DNA from: Pseudogymnoascus verrucosus
Taxonomy: Eukaryota
Direction: 5' to 3' (one strand)
NCBI GenBank assembly: GCA_001662655.1
Contig: KV460238.1
DNA: 64,000 nucleotides
Shown here: in pieces, positions 48,852-60,515 of the stretch
Layout: each line of letters starts with the position of its first letter
How positions within the stretch are numbered: position 1 is the first letter of the stretch
Notes under the pieces: generated by a model
Told to the model about the DNA's origin: nothing
The model's database searches: none
The model's input: the letters and a program-made list of their open reading frames with translations, nothing else
Translations under genes and position numbers: made by a program

Positions 48852-49148
48852 TCACATAAACCCCATCCCCACACCCACCGCGAGCAACGCAACAACCCAA
48901 GCACCCATCCCCAACCTCACCTTCTCCCCAGCACCGGTGCTCTCGGTCGGTCCCGCGGGCGAAGAGTCGGTGGTGCCGGTGGTGTCGGTGGGATGGACGA
49001 CGGTGATGTCTGTGACGGTCTCGACGTCGCCGTTGGAGTCGGTGGTGGTGCGGATGTGGGTGCTGGCGATGGAGGAGTTGGTGAAGGTGTAGGTTGGGAA
49101 GGCGGGGCCGGTGGTGGTGGAGGGGGCGGTGATTGTGAGGTTTGACAT
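48852..49148 (-). CDS. Small Thr-rich protein with a hydrophobic C-terminus (GPI-like or tail-anchored)
   Basis: 98 aa ORF with good ATG context (caaaATG), a T/S-rich body and the ending GAGEKVRLGMGAWVVALLAVGVGMGFM. Confidence 0.55.
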   Translation of the reverse strand: MSNLTITAPSTTTGPAFPTYTFTNSSIASTHIRTTTDSNGDVETVTDITVVHPTDTTGTTDSSPAGPTESTGAGEKVRLGMGAWVVALLAVGVGMGFM

Positions 49149-50574
49149 TTTGAGGGTGGTTTTGTTGGGCTGGAGAGCTGAGAGCTGGTGTTGAGAGGTT
49201 GGTTGATTGAGGTAGATTCGAAGATCGATTGATTGATTGATCGGTATATGTGAACTTGGGTTTATTCAACTCTATCTGCTGGCTATACGCTAGAGGTAAT
49301 TTTTTCTTTCTTTCAAAGAAATCGGAGCCTGGCAGCGAAGTCGCCTTCCTTTATTCCTTCCACCCCTTGTCCTGCTCCGTCAGCCAAGCACGCAGCCACG
49401 ACGGATACGAGGATGTGGCGGGGCGCACAGGGTGTCGATCGCTGTTGTGCCAGGGGTGGTGGCGTGGCTTGTTGCCTGGTGGATATCGCTGAGTGGGGGT
49501 TTTAGTTGAGGTGTTGGTGGTGGGTGGGTGAGGGAGGTGAGGCAAGGGGGCTGGGCGGTGGTGGGTTTACGGGTCGGACGGGATTGTGCTGGACTGGAGG
49601 AGTGAGTAAATTATCTAAGTATTACACTGGATTGTTACTACTATAGTTAATTACTACTACTGCTATTACAGCTATGGGGAGAAATTGAAGTCGTATTACT
49701 TACTACCTGCGGTATTACTATGGGTAAGAATTCACGTAGTATCGTTATGGCTACGATGTATTTATAGCCCACCATAGCCTCGGGGAATTGATGACGAGGC
49801 AGCGCACCTTACCTCCCCATCTCACAGCCTCCATCAACACTCCAATAATGCTCAATTGATTGGCCACTTCCTAATCATCGCAGCTTATCGCTCTCCCAGC
49901 CGCTGTTGTGCGTGCTTTCTGTGTTGCTGACAACAGGCGCGCTACTGCAGCCTAGCTATATCGAAGGATCGAAACTCGCGGGTTAGTCGGGACAGCGGCA
50001 TCGGCGGGAATAGGAAGGGATGGCCGGAGTGTACTGTGGAATGTCTAAGATGCGCCGTTGGGGTTTCAGTCGTGACGATTGCGGATGGGGCGGTGACGAG
50101 GGAGTTTCACAGTTATGAGTCCCGTGCGGAGGATGAAACGGCGGCGGAATGTGCGGAGGGCCGCTGGTGAGGTGGCGGCGGGGGGGAAGTCGTCATGGAT
50201 ACACGACGCGGTGGTGGTTGAGAGAGAGTTACTGTGGTATGCTATAGATAGGTATGTATGTGTATGTGTAGCTGGAGAGGCTGGATGTGTGTGTGATATT
50301 CGATATCGTGGTTTATGCGGGAGTAACGACGAATTTTTCAAGGTTTTTTACTAGTCAGTCTCATATCGTTGCTGTTCGTTGCTGTTACTGTTGTCTTGGC
50401 ATCTTCCCGATGAGCCGGTCTATAAACACTAAAGGAAAGGAACGAAAAATAATCTATCCCTCTCATCCTCCCCATCACTCCTCTCCCATTCAATCCACCC
50501 CCTCACAAACCCTCCATCAGTACAACACCCGCCCCAACCCCCCACCCCCCCTCCAAACCCTCTCCCTCTCCCTC

Positions 50575-51720
50575 TCATACCCCCTCCCTCCCCCCATCCN
50601 NNNNNNNNNNNNNNNNNNNNNNNNNNNNNNNNNNNNNNNNNNNNNNNNCCACAAACTGTCCCCCCTCCCCCATCCCCGCAGCCGCATACCCCCCACCAAG
50701 CGACGGCGTACTAATCGACGGTCCCTGCACCAACGGCGCCGTATGAACGTGTATATGATTACTTCCCTGGCCCTGGTGAGGGACTTCGAAGCTGCCTCCG
50801 CGGCCGGGGAGTCCGTTCAGAGACCCCCCTCCTCCTCCGCCGCCGTGGTGGTGAGAGCCGCTCCATTGAATGTAGGGTGTGCTTTGGCGGTATGAGGCGT
50901 CTTGGTAAGGTCCCCCGCCGCCGCCGTTGTTGTTGTTGTGGTTATTGAGGAAGCCGAGGCCGTTGGAAGTGCTGGCGCCGAGACGGCGAGTTTCGCGCTC
51001 ACGCNNNNNNNNNNNNNNNNNNNNNNNNNNNNNNAGGAGGCGCTCGGCTTCGAGCTTGACGTCGCGCTCGTGGACTAGCTCGCGGACTGCTTCTCCGTTC
51101 CTTAGGGCTAGTCTTCTTGCTTCTTCGTCTATCACTTTCTCTCCTCTCCTAGCGTCCTCTCTTGCTCTTTCTCTTTCTCTCTCGCGCTCTCTATCGCGCT
51201 CCCTATCCTTCTCCTTCTCTCTTTCCTTCTCCCTCTCCTTTTCCCTCTCCTTCTCCCTTTCCTTCTCCCTTTCCTTCTCCCTCCTCAAAGATGACGTGGA
51301 CCCCCTCCTCTCGCGTCGAAAACTCGACGTACTCCCCCTCCTCGCCGCATCCCCCACCCGCCTCGCCAACCTCCTAATCGCTTCAATCTCCGCAACCAGC
51401 ACTGAAGACCTCCTCCTCCCCGTCTCCTGCAAGGCCGGAGTGGTGGTGGGGGGAAGGTATATATTCGCCCATCCGCCCTCATTCGGCTGGGGAGTAGCGG
51501 TGGCGGTGGTGGTGGGGGCGGGGAACGTCCATGTTGGCGCGGTGGGACGGGTGTAGAGGTGTGCGGGGAGGGGAGAGGTGGTGGGGTGAGGGAGGGGGGA
51601 GTGGATGTGGATTTGCGGGGAGGAGCGGGTGGAGGAGGTGGCATGGGAGCGTTTGGAGGAGCGGGTTGTGCTGGAGTTGCCGTTGGGGGGCTTTCTGGGG
51701 GTAGGGGTGTAGAAGCACAT
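50575..51720 (-). CDS. Low-complexity hypothetical protein (R/E/K repeats) interrupted by two assembly gaps; 3' end uncertain
   Basis: ATG in caacc-gcaATG context and REKEREKE repeats. The N runs make the frame and the stop unreliable. Confidence 0.45.
   Translation of the reverse strand: MCFYTPTPRKPPNGNSSTTRSSKRSHATSSTRSSPQIHIHSPLPHPTTSPLPAHLYTRPTAPTWTFPAPTTTATATPQPNEGGWANIYLPPTTTPALQETGRRRSSVLVAEIEAIRRLARRVGDAARRGSTSSFRRERRGSTSSLRREKEREKEREKEREKEREKEREKEKDRERDRERERERERAREDARRGEKVIDEEARRLALRNGEAVRELVHERDVKLEAERLXXXXXXXXXXXRERETRRLGASTSNGLGFLNNHNNNNGGGGGPYQDASYRQSTPYIQWSGSHHHGGGGGGGSLNGLPGRGGSFEVPHQGQGSNHIHVHTAPLVQGPSISTPSLGGGYAAAGMGEGGQFVXXXXXXXXXXXXXXXXXDGGREGV
50600..51034. other. Assembly gaps (N runs at 50600-50648 and 51005-51034)
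   Basis: N characters in the sequence. Confidence 1.
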
Positions 51721-52260
51721 TGCGGTTGTTGTAATCGTTGTTGTTGGACGGGGCTGTTCGTTTGGCGGTTGGATGAGTGTGCGTTGGTGGACGGGATTGT
51801 TTGTATTGGTGATGGGTTAAATCCTGGGCATGACGAAATGAGAGTTATGTGATGATGAAATTGAAGAATAACGAAGTATCTCTGACGAGAGGGAGAGAAG
51901 AAAACTTATATCCCGTAGCGGCTCTTGTTGGCTCACTCCGTGGCGTAGGAGCCGTTCTTGAGACACAGAAACGAAGGAAAGTAAGGAGAATGCCTTTGAG
52001 CCATATGAGACCGTTTCAAAGAGGAGCAGAGCAGTAAACAAAGATGCCAACAGAAAGATCAGAGCCAAGTTTACCTGGGATCCCTGGCTCCTAGAAGGAT
52101 ATGAGGATAGAACGATCCTGATTTCTTTGACCACGATGATAACTGTTCATGCACTTTGCCGCCCAACCAGCAAACAGAGCGAGACACTGATGCACATTCC
52201 CGTAAAACGTATCGAATTGTATGTACATTGCATCCCAGAAGGGGATGTAGATTAGAGCAT

Positions 52261-54107
52261 TCATAGCTTGGCGTTTTTAGCCTTCTTCTGCGTACTCTTC
52301 TGCCACGCAAATTCCTACATCGTGTCAGTTCAGCTCCACCCACCGCATTTGCGCGAATTTCGCGAGTCCATAAGCACTCAAGGGGGGTTGAACTTACCAA
52401 CTTCTTCGCCTGACCCGCCTCAATGATGATATTAATCACCACTGGCACCGTGGCCTTAAACCCCTCCTCCGTCGCCTTCCGCAGCTCCTCCGGCGTCCTC
52501 ACCAAATACCCCTTTCCCCCACACATCTCTGCCATCTTCTCATACCCCACCTCCCACCCCAAACTCGTGCTGCGCAGCCCCCCTGCCGCGCCCTGCGCCG
52601 TCTTGTCTTGTAGGGCTAACCAGGCATCGCTATCTGCGCTGTCGCCGTGGTAGACGCCGCCGTTGTTGACTACGAATACTAGGATATCCATAGTGTATCG
52701 CGCCATGGTCTCAATCTCTGGCATCGAGAATCCAAATGCCGAGTCACCCTCAAGACACACGATCTTCTTCCGCGAAGACGAGCCAGACTCAGCTTGCGGA
52801 TCGGGCAGGTTATACGCACAGTGTGCTGCGATGGCATAACCGAGACCTACACCCATCGTAGCATATGTTCCTGCATCAAGACGCAGACGAGGGTGCTCGA
52901 CATTGAAGACGCTACGTGAGATATCCATCGTATTAGCGCCCTCGGAGACATACACAATATCCCCATTCTCGGGCGGCGAGAGCGCATTCAGCGTTTCCTT
53001 AATGACAGCGAAGGTGCGACCGTAGGTCATGGGCAAGGTGTCGACCTGTGCAGCTTTGGCGGCTGTGGCTTCGTTCTTGACGGTGCTCGCGCGGATGGCT
53101 GAGATGTAGGGGGTGGAGGTGTTGTATTGCCAGTTTTGGAGACCACTGCTCAGCTGGGAGGTGACGAGGTTGATGTCGCCGATTATGGAGAGAGATGCGT
53201 CGCCGTTGTTCTTGCCGAGTTCTTCGGCGGAGATATCGACTTGGATAATCTTGACGTCGGGGTTCCATTTGGGCTCTTCGCCGAAATGGAGGATCCAGTT
53301 CAGTCTTGCGCCGAGGATCAGGACGACGTCTGCGCCTTTTAGAGCTGCTGAGCGAGCACTGGCTGTGTTTGATGGGTGGGAATCTGGTAAGACACCTTTG
53401 CCCATTGGAGTTGGGAGGAATGGAATTTTAGTGTCGTTGATGAGCTTTCTGATACCGCCCTCTGCCTGGGCATATGCTGCGCCCTTCCCGACGATAACAA
53501 GTGGTGCATTGGCAGCTCTGAGCAGTTTAACTGCGGCTGCGATTCTCTCTGGGTCTCCCGCAGCTCGAGCTGGTGAGGGCACGATAACCTTAGATATCTC
53601 ATCGCCTTCCCCTTGAATCACATCGGCGGGTAGATCCACAAACCCAGTCCCTCCTCTCCCATACCAAGATGTCCTGTAAGCATTGGAGATGCTCTGAGGA
53701 ATCGACTCTAGCGTGGACCGCACCGCCAATTTTACATGCGGCGTAAGAAGACTGACGGCATCCAGCTCTTGAAAGGCACCCTTGGTGACCAGGTGAGACT
53801 CGCTGGAGCCAGCCAGTAGAAGTAGAGGCCATGCGTTTGCTGACGAGTTGCCAATTCCTGACATGGCATGTAAAACTCCCGGACCCCCTACTACCAAGCA
53901 CACTCCAGGCTTCCCTGTAAGATATCCATATGCTGTTGCTGCATAGCTCGCCGCCTGCTCATTGCGGAAAGCTATAAATCTGATCCCAAGCTTGATTGCC
54001 TCCTCGGCGATTTGGACTACTGGTATCCCAACCAGGCCAAATATAACTTTGATGCCAAGCTCATGAAGAGCCTGGGCTATCAGTTGGGCTCCTGTCGGCG
54101 CAGCCAT
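52261..54107 (-). CDS. HACL1: ThDP-dependent 2-hydroxyacyl-CoA lyase (HACL1/Pxp1 family), peroxisomal, 2 exons
   Basis: FGLVGIPV, RNEQAASYAA, GAFQELD, SEGANTMDI, DAGTYATMGVG and the ThDP motif GDSAFGFS...NN. The intron at 52315-52397 gives the true C-terminus EFAWQKSTQKKAKNAKL* (PTS1 AKL). Confidence 0.92.
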
Positions 54108-54504
54108 TTTCTGCTATATTGAAAGAATAAGTGGCGCCTGCGCTGACTGTATATTATATATGTCTCAAACGCCGTTCCAGCCGAGGCTAGCGATGGCGTC
54201 AGTGATGCCCAGGGATGAGCTTAGGCCCTGAAGCGCAGTGCGATAAGCGATAACGCTTCGTCGCAACAACCACGACGAACTGACACGCAAGCGGTTCGGA
54301 GGATCTAACAACCGCTCCTCATGTGCTGGCAGAAATCGCAGTCGTTTCAGAGTCACTAACTTGCTATATCGATCGAGAACCGTCCTGCTCTTTTACGAGA
54401 CAACTTCACAACAACACTTACGGACTACTGAACTCCCTACTCGGACTCCGAACCCCGCATCTCCACACCCTGAACTGAGCTTAGCTACCGCTCTCGTCGC
54501 AACA

Positions 54505-55729
54505 ATGTCGGAAGCCCCAGCTCAGTCCTATTCTACGGACCCGCATCTGTATATCTATACCTCGCTCACCGCTGGCTCATCACATATCGTCACAGCGACA
54601 TCGAGGCTCGAAACCATCCTGAGGGCAAACAGAATCCCATTTAAAGGTATCGATCTCGCAACAGATGAGAAGGCACGCATGATATGGGGACGCCGCGCAG
54701 GAAAAGATGAGAGTGGGCGCCAGCGAAAGCTCCCGGGTTTAGTCCAGGAGGGCCTGGTAATCGGGGTTTGTTGATCTGGCCCGCTTATATGAACTGCGCT
54801 GACTTGCTCAGGACCTGGTGGAAATAGAAGACTGGAACGAATATGGCGAGCTTAAGCAACATGTCCGCATTGTCGGGGTGTCTTCGACGCCGCCAAGACC
54901 TCCTGGATTTGGTAATCCCATAAAGGCTGCTGCTGCTGCTGCTGCGGCTGCGCCAGCTGCGCCAGTTGCTCCCGCGGCACCAGCTGCACCAGCTCCGCCG
55001 ACTGCACCACCGCTACCAACCGGTGCGAAGCAGCCCATTCCTCTCGCCCCCGAATCTAAACCAGTTCCTAAAGAGGCAGAAGTTCCCAAGACGCCTGCAG
55101 CTGGGGGAAATTCAATGACACTGGCGATGCGCCAAATGGGCGAAGAAGCCGCACAGAGGGCGAAGGACATGAAGAAAAAGACACTGCAGGCGAAGCCTGA
55201 AGTATTTGTTGGTAGTGGAACGGGGGAGGCCGCAGCAAAGGATACCAAGGAGTCGGCGACGACAGAAACCCCGCAGATTGTCGAGCCTATTACGATATTA
55301 CAAGACCCAAAAACATCGGCTTGGAATGTATCCCCGGCAAGCACACCGCCTGTCTCGCAGCATGCGCTGAATGAAATGAAGTCTCTCCAATCGCCAACAT
55401 CTACGGCTTGGAAGGTGGCAGATATTAGCTTGCCAGTCGCCAAGAGTGGAGAGAGCGCGACGTCAACTGCATCGGCTGAAAAGGCTAAACCAGTTGAGAA
55501 AAAGGAGGTTGCTGCGGAGGAAGATGATGATGAGGACGACGATGACGATGACGAAGACGAGGAGGATGATGATGAGGACGACGATGACGAAGAAGATGAA
55601 GATGATGAAGACGAAGACGAGGAAGATGAGGAAGATAAGGATGAGGACGATGACGAAGATGAGGACGACGATGAGGAGAAGAGGAAGAAGGATGAAGGCA
55701 CTGCGAAGAACGAACTAAAGAAGGCCTAG
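54505..55729 (+). CDS. Fungal protein with an N-terminal SH3BGR/glutaredoxin-like domain, a Pro/Ala-rich linker and an acidic tail (2 exons)
   Basis: LYIYTSLTAGSSHIVTATSRLETILRANRIPFKGIDLATDEKARMIWGRR...LPGLV...G|DLVEIEDWNEYGELK, followed by a long D/E tract. Confidence 0.8.
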
Positions 55730-56241
55730 GTTGACCCCCTCGGAGTAGACACGGCCTGTATATAGGGATCAAGCCATATCTGGACAGCGGCATGAGCCTG
55801 GCGAGGTTGTAGTTGGATTTGGGATGTTCAATATTCAATATGAAGGGGCCTCTGAAACTACGATCTGATCCTTGCTTCTAACATCACGATAGTTTTACGT
55901 TAATTCAGTATTCTCGTGTGATGCCATAAGTTCCAGTCCAGAAAGTGAGGCATAGCGTGACTGTGGTGTTCCATAATACCAGCAGTAACGGTGAATTAAA
56001 ACAACCTCTGCCTATAAATCCCTTCTTCGCATACAATAATCATACTGAGCCAAATCTCCAAAAATCACGGTTGAATTGGCGGGTAATCAGGGATACCCCA
56101 ATTCTGGAGTTCAGGGGTCACTACTGGCGGATATTTATAAATCCGGGATTGCCTCATGAAATAATCCTAGGGTGGTCAGCACCACTTCGCGATAGCTTCA
56201 ACGACCCATTGGAGTCTCATCAACCACCAAAATCTCCAACA

Positions 56242-57369
56242 ATGGCGCCAGTTGCTAAAGTTACTAAGAAGAACCTTGGAAACGTTGTCGTCATTGGCGG
56301 CTGCGGCTTCCTCGGTCATCACATCGTCAACCAGCTCGTCGATAGCTACACCTGCAAGGTGTCCGTCGTGGATCTCCGCACTACACGCAACCGCCGCCCC
56401 GAATCCGATGGCGTCCAATACTTCGACGCCGACATCACCTCGCTCGAATCTATCGTTACGATCTTCAAGAAGGTCAAGCCAGATGTCGTAATCCACACCG
56501 CCTCTCCCGTGGCCATCGCCGAGACGGCCAATTCCTTCCTCTACAAAGTCAATGTCGAAGGCACCCAATGCGTCATTGACGCCTGCCGCGAGACCGGCGT
56601 CACCGCGCTCGTCTACACCAGCTCCGCCTCGGTCATCAGCGACTCCGTCACTGACCTCATCAATGCCGACGAGCGCTGGCCCATGCTCAGAGGCAAGTTC
56701 CAAACCGACTACTACGCCGAGACGAAGGGTCTGGCCGAAGAGGCCGTCCTGAAGGCAAACCACACCGGCCCCTCCGACCTCCTCACCGCCGCCATTCGCC
56801 CCGCGGGTATCTTCGGCGAGGGCGACGTTCAGATGCTGCCCAATATGCTGGACTTGTACTACAACAACAAGACCAACTTCCAGGTCGGCGATAACACGAA
56901 CCTCTTCGACTTCACGTACGTCGGCAACGTAGCGCACGCACATCTCCTCGCCGCGCACCTGCTCCTGGCGACAGCCAGGTTGTCCGTTAAGCCGCTCGAC
57001 CACGAGAAGGTGGATGGTGAGGCGTTCATCATCACCAACGATGCGCCTATATACTTCTGGGACTTCCCGCGCCAGCTGTGGGCGATTGCTGGCCACAAGA
57101 AGGGAACTGAGGGTGTGTGGACAATTTCGAAGGATGTCGGAGTGCCATTGGCGACGGTGGTCGAGACATCATTGTGGTTGATCGGAAAGAAGAGCAAGAT
57201 GACACCCAGGGGGATACGGTTCAGCTGCATGACGAGGTATTACAATATTGCTAAGGCGAGGGAACGGTTAGGCTACAAGCCGATTTTGACCACCCGTCAA
57301 GGAATGGAGAGGTCTGTGAAGGCCTTTATGGCGGAGAAGGAGAGCGCGGAAGCCAAGAAGACGCAGTGA
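56242..57369 (+). CDS. ERG26: Sterol-4-alpha-carboxylate 3-dehydrogenase (C-3 sterol dehydrogenase)
   Basis: GGCGFLG, IHTASP, VNVEGT, VYTSSASV, YAETK, RPAGIFGEGD, NLFDFTYVGNVAHAHLLAA and GEAFIITND. The true start is MAPVAK at 56242. Confidence 0.93.
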   Translation: MAPVAKVTKKNLGNVVVIGGCGFLGHHIVNQLVDSYTCKVSVVDLRTTRNRRPESDGVQYFDADITSLESIVTIFKKVKPDVVIHTASPVAIAETANSFLYKVNVEGTQCVIDACRETGVTALVYTSSASVISDSVTDLINADERWPMLRGKFQTDYYAETKGLAEEAVLKANHTGPSDLLTAAIRPAGIFGEGDVQMLPNMLDLYYNNKTNFQVGDNTNLFDFTYVGNVAHAHLLAAHLLLATARLSVKPLDHEKVDGEAFIITNDAPIYFWDFPRQLWAIAGHKKGTEGVWTISKDVGVPLATVVETSLWLIGKKSKMTPRGIRFSCMTRYYNIAKARERLGYKPILTTRQGMERSVKAFMAEKESAEAKKTQ

Positions 57370-57993
57370 GGAGGATGTATTAATTACTAGGGCTGGAGCA
57401 TTATGTGTCATATGTCATGATGGTGCCGGCTTACTGAATATAATCATGAGAGCTTTCAAACTCAGAACTGAAGGTGCTGAGGTGCCGTAAGATACCAGAT
57501 ACTTACCACGAGAACATACCAGGCATGCGGCCCCTCTTTCATTATGAGGTTATCTTTGTGATTTTCTGTGAAATTGAGTCCGGAGATGAGCATGGAGCTA
57601 CCACTTGGATCTTCCAGGACAAAGATGAGATAGTGTAACCTACCAAATCTAGCAATTCGCTATGGCATCTTGTCGACCTGGATTGTACGTCCTGACCTTC
57701 CCCACGACCCTTCAATAAACGTGAAGACCCCTGAGTTGACCGATAGCCCACTTCGTGCACAGACCCCTACTAAAACATCCAGAACCCGCGTGGACCGTCG
57801 CACGGATTCAACCACGGACTACCACCAAATATTTCGACATTACCCAAATTGACAGACCAACGTTGTCTTCGAATCTTCAGCGCCTTCGTTACACGAGCAC
57901 AAAACCTTAATTCCTCTCCAGCTCCTCTCGATGACCAATTGAGGCCGCGCCGCATCCCCAATTGTTAAAGGAGTCGCCAGGCTTACTTACACA

Positions 57994-60144
57994 ATGGACC
58001 AAGCCGAGATCCCCTCGCTTCTCAGGAGCTTGTCGAGCGAAGAGGATGCCCTTCGAAAGATGGCAGTCTTCAAGCTGCAGTCCTCAATTAACGATCCTTC
58101 TTTCGCCGACGTCTTCATCTCCACTGGTGGACTCAGCATCCTGCGCCGTCTTATCATGTCAACTGGCGGCAACACCCTCGCATACTCGCTCCAGTCGCTG
58201 AGCCGCCTTCTCGAGGTCGACATGGGCTGGGAAATCTTTGAAAGCGCAGGAGCTGGAGAATTGGTTGAGCGCGTAGTGGAGCTGATTGTCACACATCCCC
58301 TCGTCAACATCCTCCGAGGCGCCATGTCGATACTGGTTGCGATTGTGAGCCACCCACAAACCACACGCGGCTCGATACGAACCCCAGGCGCGTTCGGTTT
58401 CCGCACGCTCAAGCCAGCAGTAGCCGTCTACCCGCAATTCTTTGAGATGGTGGTGTCTCAGCTCAACTCTGCGGACCACGCGCTCTGCGCCAACGCGCTT
58501 ATGCTGCTTAATGCACTTATGAGGGATGCCATAACGAATGACGGTGGAAAGGATGGGACAAGCAAGAGCAGCGGGACAGGAGAGGAGTGGCCGAAGTTTA
58601 TCAAGAGGCTGCAGGACCTTGGTGTCGTAAAGGGAGCATATCGTCTGATGCAGAGCTCAGCATTGCAGGATTTAGCACATCCGTTACTGGAGTTCCAGGC
58701 CCTAACGAAGCTCTTGTTGAGGAAATGGAGGGATATGAGGGTTGATTTGGAACGGCCGGACCATAGGAGGGCGCTGAAGGGAATACACCTTGCAAGTGCA
58801 CCTGAGAAACGAGAGCATGTGACACAAATGGGCCGAGTGGAAGAAGTGAGCGACGCGGCGAAGAAGGGAAGCCGCAAACACAACCCGGAGAAGTGGCGAA
58901 GACTTGGCTTTGTTACTGAGAGTCCGGCCTGGGAGTTTGATCCAATGGGCTACCTCGGCATGATGGATCTGACAGACTACGTACGGAAACAAGAAGACAA
59001 CTTCCAGAAGATCTTGCTTGAACAATCCTCCAAACCTCTTCACACTCGCTGCCCGATCGCCCGTTGCAGTCTAGCAGTTACAGCTATCCTCTACGACCAT
59101 TTCGGTGCCGACAAATCGGAAACCGAAGACGCAAAATACTACCAAATGCTGGAAAGCCCACAAAACTATGACATGATCTTCCGACCCCTGGTCTTGCAAT
59201 GGTCGCGACTCCACACTGCCGGACTTCTCGCCTTCTTCCGCCTATGGAAAGCTACAGGCGCAGTTCAAGACGATTTTGACAAAGTCGCCGAGCTCATCCG
59301 CATCCTGATCGACAAAGTCGTCGGCTCAGCACCACGCACCAAAGACATCACAGAAGCCGAGGAAGAGATTGCGGAATTTGAGTACCAGCGCCTACGCGAA
59401 GTGCAGATGGAAGTCCTAAAGTTCTCATTCGAGGACCAATGGGGCCATCACCTACAGCAAGTGCGCGAGGAACTCCACAACGAGTCCCTTCAGTTCGTCA
59501 AAGAACAGCGCATCCGCTGCCTCCTCCAAGGTTCGTGGTTTCCTCGCAGCGCCACCCGCGGCGATTCCAACTCCGTCGCCTCGGTGCGCAGCAGGCCGTG
59601 GCGCTTCGCGCGGCTTAGCCACAACCGCCGCTTCTTGCACTATGCGGATTTTGAGGCGCAGGCGAGCTACGCGCCGCCACTAACGGAGCTTGGGGAGAAG
59701 CTGGATGTGGGGACTATATCGAGCGTGGTGTCGAATGTGACGGCTGGTGGAGAGGATGATACTTCGTCGATATCGTCGAACACGAGCACGCTCAAGAAGG
59801 AGGATCTGAGCGCGCCGCCGAAGCGGAATACGAGGAATAAGATCACGATTAACTCCTATCTTCCTACGGAGTCCGCAGATGAGGAACAGGTCGAGAGGGT
59901 ATTGCTGACGCTGGACCCGCAGACTCATAGTCTGGCGAGCGAGTGGCTGGATGGGCTTTTGATGTTGTTGAATCAAGCGCCGATTACGGCGGAGACGAAC
60001 AAGCTTGTGGGACTGGTTGTGGACTACGGGCTGAAGATTCGGCTGCTGAATGTTAGGCTTGAGGATGGGATGGAGGCTGGCGAGGGCAAGGGGTTGATTC
60101 CTAGCAGGGAAGGGCTGGATGAGGATTACTACTATGAGGTCTGA
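57994..60144 (+). CDS. ELMO/CED-12 family protein (ARM repeats, ELMO domain, PH domain)
   Basis: 716 aa ORF with KWRRLGF..ESP..EF..GYLGMMDL, CPIARCSLAVT, W...GA..DDFDKV and the PH-like QRIRCLLQGSWF...WRFARLSHNRRFLHY. Confidence 0.9.
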   Translation: MDQAEIPSLLRSLSSEEDALRKMAVFKLQSSINDPSFADVFISTGGLSILRRLIMSTGGNTLAYSLQSLSRLLEVDMGWEIFESAGAGELVERVVELIVTHPLVNILRGAMSILVAIVSHPQTTRGSIRTPGAFGFRTLKPAVAVYPQFFEMVVSQLNSADHALCANALMLLNALMRDAITNDGGKDGTSKSSGTGEEWPKFIKRLQDLGVVKGAYRLMQSSALQDLAHPLLEFQALTKLLLRKWRDMRVDLERPDHRRALKGIHLASAPEKREHVTQMGRVEEVSDAAKKGSRKHNPEKWRRLGFVTESPAWEFDPMGYLGMMDLTDYVRKQEDNFQKILLEQSSKPLHTRCPIARCSLAVTAILYDHFGADKSETEDAKYYQMLESPQNYDMIFRPLVLQWSRLHTAGLLAFFRLWKATGAVQDDFDKVAELIRILIDKVVGSAPRTKDITEAEEEIAEFEYQRLREVQMEVLKFSFEDQWGHHLQQVREELHNESLQFVKEQRIRCLLQGSWFPRSATRGDSNSVASVRSRPWRFARLSHNRRFLHYADFEAQASYAPPLTELGEKLDVGTISSVVSNVTAGGEDDTSSISSNTSTLKKEDLSAPPKRNTRNKITINSYLPTESADEEQVERVLLTLDPQTHSLASEWLDGLLMLLNQAPITAETNKLVGLVVDYGLKIRLLNVRLEDGMEAGEGKGLIPSREGLDEDYYYEV

Positions 60145-60515
60145 GTTTGTGCAGGTGACGTTCTGATTTTCGAACATGCGGCGATGTGGAGGGGTTGTAC
60201 TTGGAATTTTGGCTTGATACCCGGATTGAAGGAGCGGAAAAATGTATTGAATGAATACTACTACCATTAACTACTCAACAGAGATAGTTGCACCAGTTTT
60301 TTGTCTTCATACGATGAGCTCTTGCAATTGAGGTACAAACCCAGTGGGTTCAAACATCCAACTACCCCACAACAAGTCCCATCAAGTAAACCAGCCCTGG
60401 TATTTCTTATTAATCATTATAGTATTCGTCTCCATACCATTAAAAACACTTGACGCTCATCAGATATGTACAGTATATACCAAACCCTTTCTCTCAACCA
60501 GCACACCGCCCAATA

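Noticed and set aside
54808..55701. Poly-Ser ORF on the minus strand
   Set aside because: It is the antisense reading of the D/E-rich tail of the plus-strand gene.
55880..56120. ATCAC-containing SRE-like words upstream of ERG26
   Set aside because: The matches are partial and too degenerate to support without conservation data.
55945..56241. 99 aa N-terminal extension of ERG26
   Set aside because: It starts at GTG in promoter-like sequence; family similarity begins at MAPVAK (56242).
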